NCBI GenBank assembly: GCA_963707915.1
Contig: OY970178.1
Location: 3,328,001 to 3,392,000, forward strand
Length of the DNA: 64,000 bases
Direction: 5' to 3'
Source of the DNA: Candidatus Eiseniibacteriota bacterium
GTDB lineage: Bacteria; Eisenbacteria; RBG-16-71-46
The notes beneath the pieces are model-generated. The model ran no database searches. It saw nothing but the letters and a program-made list of their open reading frames with translations, and had not been told where the DNA came from. Both the position numbers and the translations under genes were made by a program. Shown here one piece after another: positions 27,879 through 37,480 of this stretch (within the stretch, counting starts at the first letter, position 1; every line of letters starts with the position of its first letter).

Positions 27879-28360
27879 GGGAGCGTCTCTTGCGCTGGTT
27901 CATGGCCCACGCCAACGGTCGCGGCGTGGTGCTGGGCCGAAGCGAGGTCATGGAGGCGGAGCTGGACGCAGCGTCTGACGTGCTTCAACAGGAGCTCACA
28001 GCATTGGAGCGGGAGGGAGTCGTCGAGATCATCGCCCCGCTACCGTTCCTTGTCCTTCGACTCAAGAAATGGTCTGGCAGGGGCCAACAAAGCACCTTTG
28101 CCTATAGCTCTCTGCTATCAAACAATCAATTGATTGAAAGCAACAGCCATAGGCACGATCCACTCCTCCACGAGATCCTCGAGACACTCGGGGAGACGGA
28201 CGTGAAGGCGTTCGCCCCGGTGCTCGAGCACTACTCCCCGCAGATCATTCGCACCGCTCTGAGAAGGGTCCGCCGCGCCCGCGGCATCCGGAAGAGCCGC
28301 ACCGCGCTCTTTCGCCACCTGCTCCCGCGACTCGCGCAAGCCGAACCCGAGCGCAACTAG
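27875..28360 (+). CDS. Hypothetical wHTH protein, replication-initiator-like
   Basis: wHTH-like N-terminus. The C-terminal IRKSRTALFRHLL motif recurs in the next gene. Confidence 0.6.
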   Translation: MRERLLRWFMAHANGRGVVLGRSEVMEAELDAASDVLQQELTALEREGVVEIIAPLPFLVLRLKKWSGRGQQSTFAYSSLLSNNQLIESNSHRHDPLLHEILETLGETDVKAFAPVLEHYSPQIIRTALRRVRRARGIRKSRTALFRHLLPRLAQAEPERN

Positions 28361-28368
28361 CCCTCCCC

Positions 28369-28899
28369 ATGTCCTCGCTCCAACCCATCACCCTTACCCT
28401 CGATCGCCGCATCCTCGAGCATCCGCGGGCCTACCACCTGCGACGCATGCGCGCGGGACTCTGGCTCTACCTCGACCTCTTGGCCCGGCTCCCGGCCGAC
28501 GCTGAGACGTTCGAGGTGGAGCCCGCGGCGGTCGGGCGGGACATGGGGCTCCCGGAGGGCACGGTCCGCTCCTGGCTCGGGCACCTGCGAAAGGCCGGCT
28601 ACCTCGACGCCGTGCGCCTCAACGGCAAGGTCCGGGTGACGATCAAACGGGCCGCAGCGCCGGAGACCCCGGCAGAACCCCCGACGCCGACACGCTTCTT
28701 CACGGTCGCCAAGCTCCAGCGAGCGCTCGGCGAGCCGGGCAACGCCGAGGCCTTCGAGGCCGCGCTCAGCCTCTACCCGGACGACGGTCGTGAAGCGCGC
28801 CCTCGCCGGCACGCTGGCGGTGCCCGAGACCCAGATCCGTCGCTCACGCACCGCGCTCTTTCTTTACCTCCTACAACACGCCATGCCCAAGAAGACTGA
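28369..28899 (+). pseudogene. Paralogous wHTH protein, frameshifted near 28788
   Basis: GLWLYLDLL...TVRSWLGHLRKAGYL. The C-terminal IRRSRTALFLYLL continues in another frame. Confidence 0.6.
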
Positions 28900-29400
28900 C
28901 ACCATCCTCGCCCTCGATCCCGGTCTCCGCGACCTCGGCTACGCCGTGCTCCACGGCCGCCGCCTCGTGGCCAGCGGCGTGCTCGCGCTGCGGCGCGTCC
29001 CGAAGGCAGAACGTCTCGCGCACAGCGCGCAAGCACGTGCGCACGTGGCTGCGAACGCACCGTCCGCAGCGTCTGGTCGTCGAGAAGACCTACCGCCATC
29101 CGGTGCCGTGGCTCGATCGAGCTCCACCGGCTCACGCGCAGGCCCGGAACCTCGCCACCCGCCAGCACACCGCCTTCGCCATGTACTCGCCGCAGACGCG
29201 TCCGCGCGACCGTCGCCGGCAACGGCAAGGCCAAGAAGCCCGAGGTCGCCATCGCCGTCGCGCATCCGCTTCCCGCAGCTCCGGGTCTACCTCACGCAGG
29301 ACCGGCGCTGGAAGGAAGCGTACTGGCAGAACATGTTCGACGCGTCGCGCTGGCGCTCCATCACCAAGCAGCGACGCAACCGCCCTCCCGCAGCCGGTGA
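28883..29400 (+). pseudogene. RuvC-like Holliday junction resolvase, multiple frameshifts
   Basis: ILALDPGLRDLGYAV, then LVVEK, then YWQNMFDA in shifting frames. The end is approximate. Confidence 0.7.
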
Positions 29401-29515
29401 TCCGGCCGACCCTGGCGCCTCCGCCTTGCCGAGCGCCACTGTCTCGGAAGGGGTCCGCAAGGGACCTCCGACGAGCAGCCCTCGGGAGGGCATTTGATTC
29501 ACTACACACTCACCC

Positions 29516-30025
29516 ATGAACACACCAAGACCATCCTCGGCATCGACCCCGGCACGAAGGAGATGGGCATCGCCGTGCTTCGCGGCCGAAAGCTGCTCGC
29601 GTACGGCGTGCACACGCTCCGCAACGGCGAGCGGCCCTACGACGTGATCGGCCAGGCCCGGCGGGTCGTCTTGGAGTACCTCGAGCGCTATGCCCCGGAG
29701 GTGGTGGCGATCGAGGCGCCGCTGCATGTTGCCGACCAAGCGCGCGGCGATCCTCTCGGTCATCGCGCAGGAGCTGCGACAGAGGGCGAATGAACTCGGC
29801 CTCGAGGTCCTTGAGCTCACGCCGCAGGAGGTGCGGCAGCGGGTAGTCGGGAACCCGCGCGCGACCAAGATTGACGTCGCGGAGGCGCTGGTGGCACGGG
29901 GGTTCGAGGAGCTCAAGGATCTTGTGCCAAAGCGACCGACCCGGGCAGCCTTGGGACTCAGGCCGGGCCAGAAGTACTGGCTCCACATGTTCGATGCGCT
30001 GGGGCTCGCTTGGGCCATCACCTGA
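29516..30025 (+). pseudogene. Second RuvC-like resolvase, frameshifted
   Basis: ILGIDPGTKEMGIAV, VAIEAP, GNPRATK and YWLHMFDALGLA across frames. Confidence 0.72.
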
Positions 30026-30281
30026 GTGCCCCCACGTGCAGCGCGCGAATGACCTATTGCGGCAGAGCACGATTGCGACTAGTGTACAGTCGTATACGGT
30101 TTGCTCTCAGCCCACTTTGTCGGGATCCGCTGCGCCCCCTATGCCTAAGGGCAACCCTAGTGATCTCACGAGCAACGAGGGCCGCCATGCCTGGTTGCGT
30201 CAGTCCCTTCATGGTTGCGCTCACGCCCTCTAGCCGGGCGGTGGACCGAGTTACGGCGAGCGGCCCGGAGGTTCCCCACCC

Positions 30282-31721
30282 ATGAGCACCGTGATGCTCG
30301 TCGACCTGCCTTACGCGCGCGGCGAGTACAACGAGCCGCTGGCGGTTGAGTTTTTGGCTGCGCAGTTAGTCGAGCGCACGGGGGCAACTACCGCAATCCT
30401 CGCCTTAGATCGGGGCTTCTCGGCCTCCGTCCTGACCGAGGCCATTCTGACTCTGAGGCCGGATCTTGTCGCGCTGTCCACGAAGCTCGATAGTATCACG
30501 CTGCTCCCCGAAGTTGGCGACGCGGTGCGGCGCAGCGGAATCAGATGCAGTGTGGTCATCGGTGGCATCGCTGCGACAATTGCACCAACCGAAACATTGG
30601 CGGCGCTAGGAATGCCTGAGGCAATCTGTGTTGTTGGAGAAGGCGAGGATGTCCTGTGTCAGGTCGTCCTCGGACTCGGTGCGGAAGGCCCAACGGATGG
30701 CGGGGAGAGTACCCCCTTGGGGCCCAACAGAGTCATCGGATCACCGCCCTCTTCCAGGTACCCACTCAGCATGCCCGCCGACCGGAGTTTGCTTGGCCGT
30801 ACCATCGCCTCGCGCGGCATCGCGCGTTGCGAAGCAAGCAGAGGTTGTCCGTGGGGCAAGTGCACTTTTTGCGTCATCGGGCGGAAGTACGGTGCGACCA
30901 CTTGGCGACCCCGTCCCCCAATCAGAGTAGTAGAAGAACTTGACCGAATTGCCGCGATGGGGGTGGAGATGGTGTACTTCACCGACGAGGACTTCATCGG
31001 CGGTGATGCCGAACGCGCGCTGTGGATTGCTGAACATGTACTAGAGCGCAAGGCCGAGGGACGCATCCCCGAGACCTTCCGACTTTGGTGTTCGACTAGC
31101 GTGCTGAACATCCTCGGTCGCTATGACGACCCTGCACGCGTTCGCGCGGCACTCGTCAGGCTCAAGACCGCCGGACTCGCGGGTGTGTTCCTCGGCGTCG
31201 AATCGGGTAGCCCCACCCAACTCAAGCGCTATGCAAAGGGTGCAACCGTCGCCCAGAACGAAATGGCCCTCTGCATACTTGAGGAGATGGGGTTGGAAGC
31301 GGACGTCGGCTTCATCATGTTCGACCCCTTTGTTACCATCGAGGAGCTTGCGGAGAACACGGCCTTTATTCGCCGAACCAGTCTCAAGGATGGGTTCTCT
31401 CGCTTGGGGAAGCCGGTTCGGCTCACGCCGTATACGAGCCTTACGTCCCGTGCGATACGGCATGGGCTTTGTCGAAGTCAACTCTCCATTGATACGCTAT
31501 CGTACCCGTACCACTTCGCTGACGCACGCACCGCGGCGGTCTTCGAAGAGTTCTCGACTTGGGAGCAACGCACGGCACCTCGGGCCTATGACCTCCAATC
31601 GGTTCTTCGCGCAAACGGCTACACCACCGAGGGCGCATATAAAGCCAGGAGCGACCTCGTGGCAATGCGTAGGGAGCAGCTCGACAAACTCGCTGAGCTT
31701 ATCGAGCTGGCCAAGCGCTAG
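30282..31721 (+). CDS. B12-binding radical SAM protein
   Basis: EPLAVEFLAA, IGGIAAT, VGEGE, SRGCPWGKCTFC, FTDEDF, GVESG and GFIMFDP motifs. Confidence 0.9.
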   Translation: MSTVMLVDLPYARGEYNEPLAVEFLAAQLVERTGATTAILALDRGFSASVLTEAILTLRPDLVALSTKLDSITLLPEVGDAVRRSGIRCSVVIGGIAATIAPTETLAALGMPEAICVVGEGEDVLCQVVLGLGAEGPTDGGESTPLGPNRVIGSPPSSRYPLSMPADRSLLGRTIASRGIARCEASRGCPWGKCTFCVIGRKYGATTWRPRPPIRVVEELDRIAAMGVEMVYFTDEDFIGGDAERALWIAEHVLERKAEGRIPETFRLWCSTSVLNILGRYDDPARVRAALVRLKTAGLAGVFLGVESGSPTQLKRYAKGATVAQNEMALCILEEMGLEADVGFIMFDPFVTIEELAENTAFIRRTSLKDGFSRLGKPVRLTPYTSLTSRAIRHGLCRSQLSIDTLSYPYHFADARTAAVFEEFSTWEQRTAPRAYDLQSVLRANGYTTEGAYKARSDLVAMRREQLDKLAELIELAKR

Positions 31722-31924
31722 CGATGCCACCTCGGCCGCAACAAGCCAACCCCGTAGGCCTCGGGGGCAGCAACCTCGATCACCTTGTTCGACGCATGCG
31801 GTGTGCGGTACGGTATGCAGTTGCCGTTGAGGGAAATGACTGGGGCGCGGCGACTTCGCTGCAAGACGCCAGGTTCGTCCGAGCAATCGGACCCCCAGCC
31901 TAGACTGCGGAACGCAAGCAAGAC

Positions 31925-32317
31925 TCACTCTAAGTACGTGATCTCTCCCTCTTTGTAGCCAGGGGCGAGCACGGTGAAGAAGCACAAATCCGAATCGCCT
32001 AGATTTCGGATGCTCAGCGCGTCACCAGATTTCACATAGATAAAGACTGGATGCTCTGGATCAGCAGTGAATGGGCCGCTCACTGAAGTCGCGGTCCTTA
32101 CCTCGAACTGGCCACCGAAAAGGAAGAGGACTTCGTCGCCGCTATTGGGTCTATTCTGAAAGTGGTGACTTTGTTGCTCTCTCGGTCGAACCCGAGCAAA
32201 GACAGCTGTCGCATTAGGCGTATCACTCAGAATTCTACCGTGGAGGTTCTCCTCCTGAAAGAACTCCTCGGGTCGCTCGGTGACTCTGATGATTTGTGTT
32301 TCGATCATTTCGCTCAT
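31925..32317 (-). CDS. Cupin-domain protein
   Basis: HHFQ...GDEVLFLFGG...SIRNLGDSDLCFFTV cupin pattern. Confidence 0.75.
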   Translation of the reverse strand: MSEMIETQIIRVTERPEEFFQEENLHGRILSDTPNATAVFARVRPREQQSHHFQNRPNSGDEVLFLFGGQFEVRTATSVSGPFTADPEHPVFIYVKSGDALSIRNLGDSDLCFFTVLAPGYKEGEITYLE

Positions 32318-32424
32318 ATAGCGCCCACCGGGTTATTGGCTAAAGTGGCCTGTACAGGAGAAGGCTAGCACAAACGCTCTCGCGCCGCCACTCGGCAATC
32401 ACGGTCAGAGGAGGATGACAGCTT

Positions 32425-33252
32425 ATGCGCCCAGCCGATATCGAACAAGTCCTCGCACTGAACCGCGCCCATTGGGAGGCAGCCAGCAAGGTCCACGCAT
32501 CATCTCCATATTATCAAGTGGATGCCGTTCGTGCTGGAGGCTGTAGCCTAAGTGAGGTCGAACTCGCCGAACTCGGCAGCGTTGCTGGCCAGAGAGGTCT
32601 CCACGTCCAATGCGGCATTGGCTTGGAGACAATCTCGCTTGTTCGGCTCGGAGCTGCGATGACGGGGGTCGACTTCGCACCGTCGGCCGTCGAGCAAGCT
32701 CAGATGCTAGCTAACGAATGCGGTGTGTCGGCTGAGTTCCGTGTGGCCGACGTACTTGATCTTAAGAACATATCACCTGAACCGTTTGACTTCATCTACA
32801 CGTCCCACGGAGTGCTTAGATGGCTACCAGCACTTGGCACGTGGGCGGCGGGACTCTATCGCCACTTACGGCCGGGAGGGCTACTGTATGTGTTCGAGAT
32901 ACACCCGTTGGTGTACCGAATTCGCAAGCTCGATGCGACGAGTGTCGTGTTAGGAGGCAACTACTTTCTTGAGAGCCCCCGGGTCGTCAGACTTGCCTCT
33001 ACGCATGCGGGTAATATAGCCCTTGGCGATGCCATGCGTGTGGTTCACACGGATTGGTCCATAGGTACGCTTCTGACGCACCTCCTCGACGCGGGGCTCT
33101 GCCTTCAGAGCTACCATGAGCATGGGGGATGCAGCTATAATAGGAACGGGTGGTTTCCAAGGCGGGTTGGAGGACTGTGGCACCCCGTAGCCGAGACACT
33201 GCCAATGCCGTTGTCGTTCTCCCTGAGACTCCGCAGACCAACGGCCGTCTAG
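32425..33252 (+). CDS. Class I SAM-dependent methyltransferase
   Basis: LHVQCGIGLE, GVDF, FDFIYTSHGVLRW and LRPGGLLYVFEIHP motifs. Confidence 0.88.
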   Translation: MRPADIEQVLALNRAHWEAASKVHASSPYYQVDAVRAGGCSLSEVELAELGSVAGQRGLHVQCGIGLETISLVRLGAAMTGVDFAPSAVEQAQMLANECGVSAEFRVADVLDLKNISPEPFDFIYTSHGVLRWLPALGTWAAGLYRHLRPGGLLYVFEIHPLVYRIRKLDATSVVLGGNYFLESPRVVRLASTHAGNIALGDAMRVVHTDWSIGTLLTHLLDAGLCLQSYHEHGGCSYNRNGWFPRRVGGLWHPVAETLPMPLSFSLRLRRPTAV

Positions 33253-33316
33253 GCTGCGGACGCCCGCGTGACGGAGTCTCAGATGTTGCCGGGCATGGTC
33301 GAGCGTTACATAGGAG

Positions 33317-34057
33317 GTGCGCTACGTGACCTCAGCACGAGATGAATTGTTCGTGGTGACGGGAGGGACTCAAGGGATTGGCCTTGCCATAGCGCAGGCG
33401 GCAGCTGCCAGTGGCCGGTCCGAGAGCGTTATCGTGGTCTCAAGGCATCCGGGGGTCGAGGGAGATGGTTCCTGGGAACATGTGGCTGCGGACCTGTCGA
33501 CGCGTCCCGGTATTGATGCGGCGATAGCAGGCATACGCTCCTATCAGCGCCCGGTGCGCGTCCTCGTGAACAACGCCGGGGCCATATTGGAGAACAACGC
33601 GTTTAGCGCGCTCACCTGGGAGACGATGTTGGCGAGTATTGTCCTGCATTCGATCGCGCCCGTCCTCTTGACGCGAGGTCTCGAGAAGGAGCTCAGGGCT
33701 GCTCAGGATGCGAGCGTGATCAATATCGGGTCAATTTATGGCGGAATACCAGATCCGGAGGTGTTCGCCTATGTGTGCGGGAAGGCGAGCCTTCCTATTG
33801 TGACGGAAATGATGGCGAGAGCACTTGCTCCAGACGTCCGCGTCAACTGCGTCCAGCCTGGGCATATTGAGACCGCCATGACACGGGCGGCCACCGCTGA
33901 ATTCCGGCAACACGTGATTGCGCATACTGATGTGCAGAGGCTTGGGGAGCCATCTGAAGTCGCGGCCGTCGTGATGTTTCTAGCGTCGGCAGCGTCAGGG
34001 TTTATTAACGGGACGAGTATACGCCTGGATGGCGGGTATTGGGGCGGGGTGTCGTGA
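33317..34057 (+). CDS. SDR family oxidoreductase
   Basis: TGGTQGIG, NNAG, NIGS, YxxxK (YVCGK) and VNCVQPG motifs. The start may be 33326. Confidence 0.9.
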   Translation: MRYVTSARDELFVVTGGTQGIGLAIAQAAAASGRSESVIVVSRHPGVEGDGSWEHVAADLSTRPGIDAAIAGIRSYQRPVRVLVNNAGAILENNAFSALTWETMLASIVLHSIAPVLLTRGLEKELRAAQDASVINIGSIYGGIPDPEVFAYVCGKASLPIVTEMMARALAPDVRVNCVQPGHIETAMTRAATAEFRQHVIAHTDVQRLGEPSEVAAVVMFLASAASGFINGTSIRLDGGYWGGVS

Positions 34058-36396
34058 GCGCCGACACGCTTGGCGCTACGCTGTCGAAGGTAGTGGACAC
34101 CTTGCGTGTCGCGGCCACAACCGACTCCTCTGGGGGGGCGGCATGGTGGGGGCTCGCCGAGAGAGCGGCAGCTGTGATTGGCGTGACCGCAATGGGTGTG
34201 CTCGCCGGGGCATGGCTGGGTGTGAAGTGGGTGATAAGGAAGTTGGCGGAGAGGTCGGATAGGAAGGTGTTCGGCGGCGACTACTTGATACTGCGTCGGG
34301 ACGCTCAGCGAGATGGGAGCTTCGATACCAAGGGGCTTACGAGTCTTCGGACCGCCATCCGGGTTCGATCTGACGAACTCTCACAGATGGTTCGGAGGAG
34401 CGTGCAGGAAGAGATGCGGCAGGAGACCAGTCGCTTGGCAGCTGGTTCCGCGTCCGTGTCATATGGGGAGATCTTGGCCGGGGCGCCTCTCTTGATGCCA
34501 TGCGGAACCGTGACACTAGATGGCACGCCGCGTCTCGAGGTGGCGGGCCTCGTTAAGGAGTCAGCGGAAGCCAGGATTCCAATCGACCGATCCGCCCCAG
34601 GATATCAGCGAACGCTTCTCCTCGGAAAAGCTGGGGAAGGTAAGAGCCTATTGTGCCTTCAGGCCAAATACAAGCTTATGAACTCCCAGTCAGGGCAAGC
34701 ACCATGGTGCCTAGTGATCTCTGCTCGCGACTTTGAGGGTGATCGCCCACACGACTCGGATATTGGGTCAAGAGAGTGGTGTGGGCGTCGGATAGCCGAC
34801 CGATACGTGGGGGGGGAGCCATCGCCCCTTGAGGTGCGGTTGCTAAGCGAATTGGCGGATAGCAGTGCCGTGCTGATTGTCGATGGATTGGACGAGATCG
34901 GCCAGCTTCTCACCTATGCAGAGTTGCAGTCGCTATTGTCGTCGTGGCTGTTTGCGCGAGTGGCGATTGCCACCGCGCGGTTGTCGTTCTACTATTCCCA
35001 CCTGCTTTCGGCGCGACCTCTTGACGGCATGAGACTCCTGCTTCTCGGCACTCCCACCGAGGCCTCGCGAAAGGCGTTTGTTAGAGCACTCTGTGGGCGG
35101 CAAAGGAACGCGGACCCGGGCAAGGTTTGCGCGCTGGTGTTGGACATGCTAGGCCGGCTGCCGAGTATGGCGGAGTTGACGAAGACGCCTCTGCTCCTGC
35201 TGATGGCTGCAGAGGTAGCCGCGCAGGCACCGGAAGGGCCACCGTTCCTTGACGCGATAGGTGTCTACGAGCGGTTTGTTCAGGAATTCGTGACGAAGGA
35301 AGTTGAGAGGAGCCACAAACGAATCTCCCCTACCCTAATGAACCATCTCGTGGAGGATGTCGCGTGGCTTGCCTTTAGCAGTCGGAATACTCAGGCAGGG
35401 CTGCCGCGGGTTGGTCAGGCGGGTCTCAGGGCGTGTATTGCCCAGACGTTCGGCTCAGGCGATCAAGACGCGCTCGATCACATCGCCAATGCCCTGTCCA
35501 CGTCTGCATTGCTCTCTGTGCCTCCCAGCGATCGCCGTGGTGGAGGTGTTGTCTTCAACCATGAGACGTTCGCTGAATTCCTTATTGCGCGGCGCCTCTA
35601 CGCGTGGCTATTGGGAGACCGCAGTACGGGATCGGACTTCTTTGAACACATCGAAACGCCTGAGATTTCGTTCTACGTCAAAGAATATCTCGCGAGACTC
35701 CGTGCAGAGAGCGAGGCCCTTCGGGCTGGGCGCGTCCGTCTGTCGCAGCTAGTGGAAGACTTGTCGCGCGCTCGACAGAGTGCGACAGATGAGACGAAGG
35801 CGCGCTTGGCTGCGTTTGCACTTGGGCAAGCCGCGTACTATCTGGGCATGGTAGCCGGCCCAGAGGAGCGGAAGACGCTGAGGGAGTTCGCTCACGGGGA
35901 AACAGACTTCTGGGTGAGGAGGGCGGCGGCGATAGGTCTGGCCATGGGAGGCGACGCATCTGACTACCATGCTTTGATTGATGAGATGCGCGGCGGGATT
36001 GAAGCGGGCGACTACACCTTGTCTCGAAAGAGCATAGCAATGGACCTTGGGTTCTACGGTGACCAGCCATTTGATCGCCTTGACCCGAGCCGCGATTGTG
36101 GTGGGGAGGCCTGTAGGCGGCTGGTGACTCGAGTTGCGCACCAGGCGCGATTCGCCGTGGAATTCGCGAACTGGCGGAGCGATCTCTTTGACCTCGTCTA
36201 TCTAGGCAAATACCGATCTGAGTCAAAGAGAGAGTTTGAATCCGTTCTCCGAGAAGTACGCGGAAGTCTGGAAGAGTCGCTTGCTGTTATTGAGGCGACT
36301 TCTGAGAACTCCAAGTATCCTGAGATCAGGGAAGTGCGCGAGATGCTCGCTTGCTTCGATGTAGTGCCGGGGGCAGCTGGCGGAGACTTACCTTAG
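34054..36396 (+). CDS. NACHT/STAND NTPase with N-terminal TM helix and C-terminal HEAT-like helical region
   Basis: Walker A GKAGEGKS, Walker B LIVDGLDE, TPLLL and FNHETFAEF. GTGA overlap with the SDR stop. Confidence 0.85.
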   Translation: MSADTLGATLSKVVDTLRVAATTDSSGGAAWWGLAERAAAVIGVTAMGVLAGAWLGVKWVIRKLAERSDRKVFGGDYLILRRDAQRDGSFDTKGLTSLRTAIRVRSDELSQMVRRSVQEEMRQETSRLAAGSASVSYGEILAGAPLLMPCGTVTLDGTPRLEVAGLVKESAEARIPIDRSAPGYQRTLLLGKAGEGKSLLCLQAKYKLMNSQSGQAPWCLVISARDFEGDRPHDSDIGSREWCGRRIADRYVGGEPSPLEVRLLSELADSSAVLIVDGLDEIGQLLTYAELQSLLSSWLFARVAIATARLSFYYSHLLSARPLDGMRLLLLGTPTEASRKAFVRALCGRQRNADPGKVCALVLDMLGRLPSMAELTKTPLLLLMAAEVAAQAPEGPPFLDAIGVYERFVQEFVTKEVERSHKRISPTLMNHLVEDVAWLAFSSRNTQAGLPRVGQAGLRACIAQTFGSGDQDALDHIANALSTSALLSVPPSDRRGGGVVFNHETFAEFLIARRLYAWLLGDRSTGSDFFEHIETPEISFYVKEYLARLRAESEALRAGRVRLSQLVEDLSRARQSATDETKARLAAFALGQAAYYLGMVAGPEERKTLREFAHGETDFWVRRAAAIGLAMGGDASDYHALIDEMRGGIEAGDYTLSRKSIAMDLGFYGDQPFDRLDPSRDCGGEACRRLVTRVAHQARFAVEFANWRSDLFDLVYLGKYRSESKREFESVLREVRGSLEESLAVIEATSENSKYPEIREVREMLACFDVVPGAAGGDLP

Positions 36397-37223
36397 TCGC
36401 GGCGCGTTCTGCGTGAGAGAGCCGGAAGCCACTGATTGAACTCGTCGACTTGCTCTTGAGTGGCCCCCATATCCGCGAGCCGACTCACAAAGCTCGCGAA
36501 CATGGAGAGGACGGTGTCTATGGAAGGCGGCGTGCTCAAATAGTCGGCACCAGGCAATACGATGTCCGCCTTGAGGAGGACCTTGGTGAGCTTCGTCTCG
36601 ACAAGATGCGGATCAAAAGGGGCGATGTTGACGCAGTGAAGGTCAAGAGCGATCATGATAGTGCGGAATCTGCTGAGATAGGTGTGAAAGCCCGTGGCTT
36701 CGTGGCGGTGAATGCATTTCACCATATTGCGGAGGATGGGGAACGTCTCGTAGAAGATGAGGTTGATAAGGTCCCGACGCCAGGATGAGTTGGTGGCTAC
36801 AAAGTCTGGGAAGTGCTGGGCGAAGTATGCCGCACCGGCCTCGTTTAGAAAGACCATCTTGCGAGCCATTGGCAGGGGCGCAAAGGTAAAGGGACTGTTG
36901 AAGAACACTTCAGCCGACGAGCTGCTGCGTTGAAGAACGGTAATGCGGAGGCCGAACCCACGCGAGAGATACGGAGCAGGGACGACAGCATCCGGCATGG
37001 CGATGCTAACATGTTGACAGAACGCCTTCATGACGAGGATGAGGTCGGCATCGTCTGAGAATGCAAATAGATCGAGGTCCGACAGGGGGTCAGTTTCAGC
37101 CCGAGCGGAGGAGCCGCCCACTGCGACTGCCTGCACCTGAGGAATGGTGGTTAGGCAGTGAAGAAGTGAATCGAAAAACGGTGTGTGCATGGTATCCGTG
37201 CCCTCAGTGGAAGAGTGCCTCAA
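36393..37223 (-). CDS. Pol-beta-like nucleotidyltransferase (aminoglycoside/lincosamide NTase-like)
   Basis: GGSSARAETDPLSDLDL followed by a helical C-terminal domain. The start may be 37190. Confidence 0.78.
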   Translation of the reverse strand: MRHSSTEGTDTMHTPFFDSLLHCLTTIPQVQAVAVGGSSARAETDPLSDLDLFAFSDDADLILVMKAFCQHVSIAMPDAVVPAPYLSRGFGLRITVLQRSSSSAEVFFNSPFTFAPLPMARKMVFLNEAGAAYFAQHFPDFVATNSSWRRDLINLIFYETFPILRNMVKCIHRHEATGFHTYLSRFRTIMIALDLHCVNIAPFDPHLVETKLTKVLLKADIVLPGADYLSTPPSIDTVLSMFASFVSRLADMGATQEQVDEFNQWLPALSRRTRRD

Positions 37224-37261
37224 GAGTATATGCCACGCTGGGCCTCGTGGGTGGGTAGCCT

Positions 37262-37465
37262 AGACGCGGGCCTGTTCAAGTAGGCCCGCAAGGAGATGTT
37301 CGCCCGAGGCCACAGCGTGATCCTCCAGCCCCCACGGGGAGGACGGTCGCCTAGGCAGGGTCAAACGCGAGATAGACACGTCGAAAGGCGTCGTCGATGG
37401 CATCGGCGACGAGGTGCTCGAGTGTTCGAGACCCGGGCGAAGGCCCGCGCCCTCCGTGACTTAGC
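37262..37465 (+). pseudogene. Degenerate remnant of the 38965 recombination gene
   Basis: GAGACCCGGGCGAAGGCCCGCGCCCTCCGTGAC matches the sequence near 39251-39283. Upstream segments align loosely with 39045-39200. Confidence 0.7.
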
Positions 37466-37480
37466 CAAAGTCGGCCCCAT

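Noticed and set aside
28883..30025. RuvC-like genes as TnpB/IscB/Cas12-type RNA-guided nucleases
   Set aside because: Each is only ~170 aa with a resolvase-type DPG...E...DA layout. There is no Zn finger or bridge helix and no adjacent structured RNA or array.
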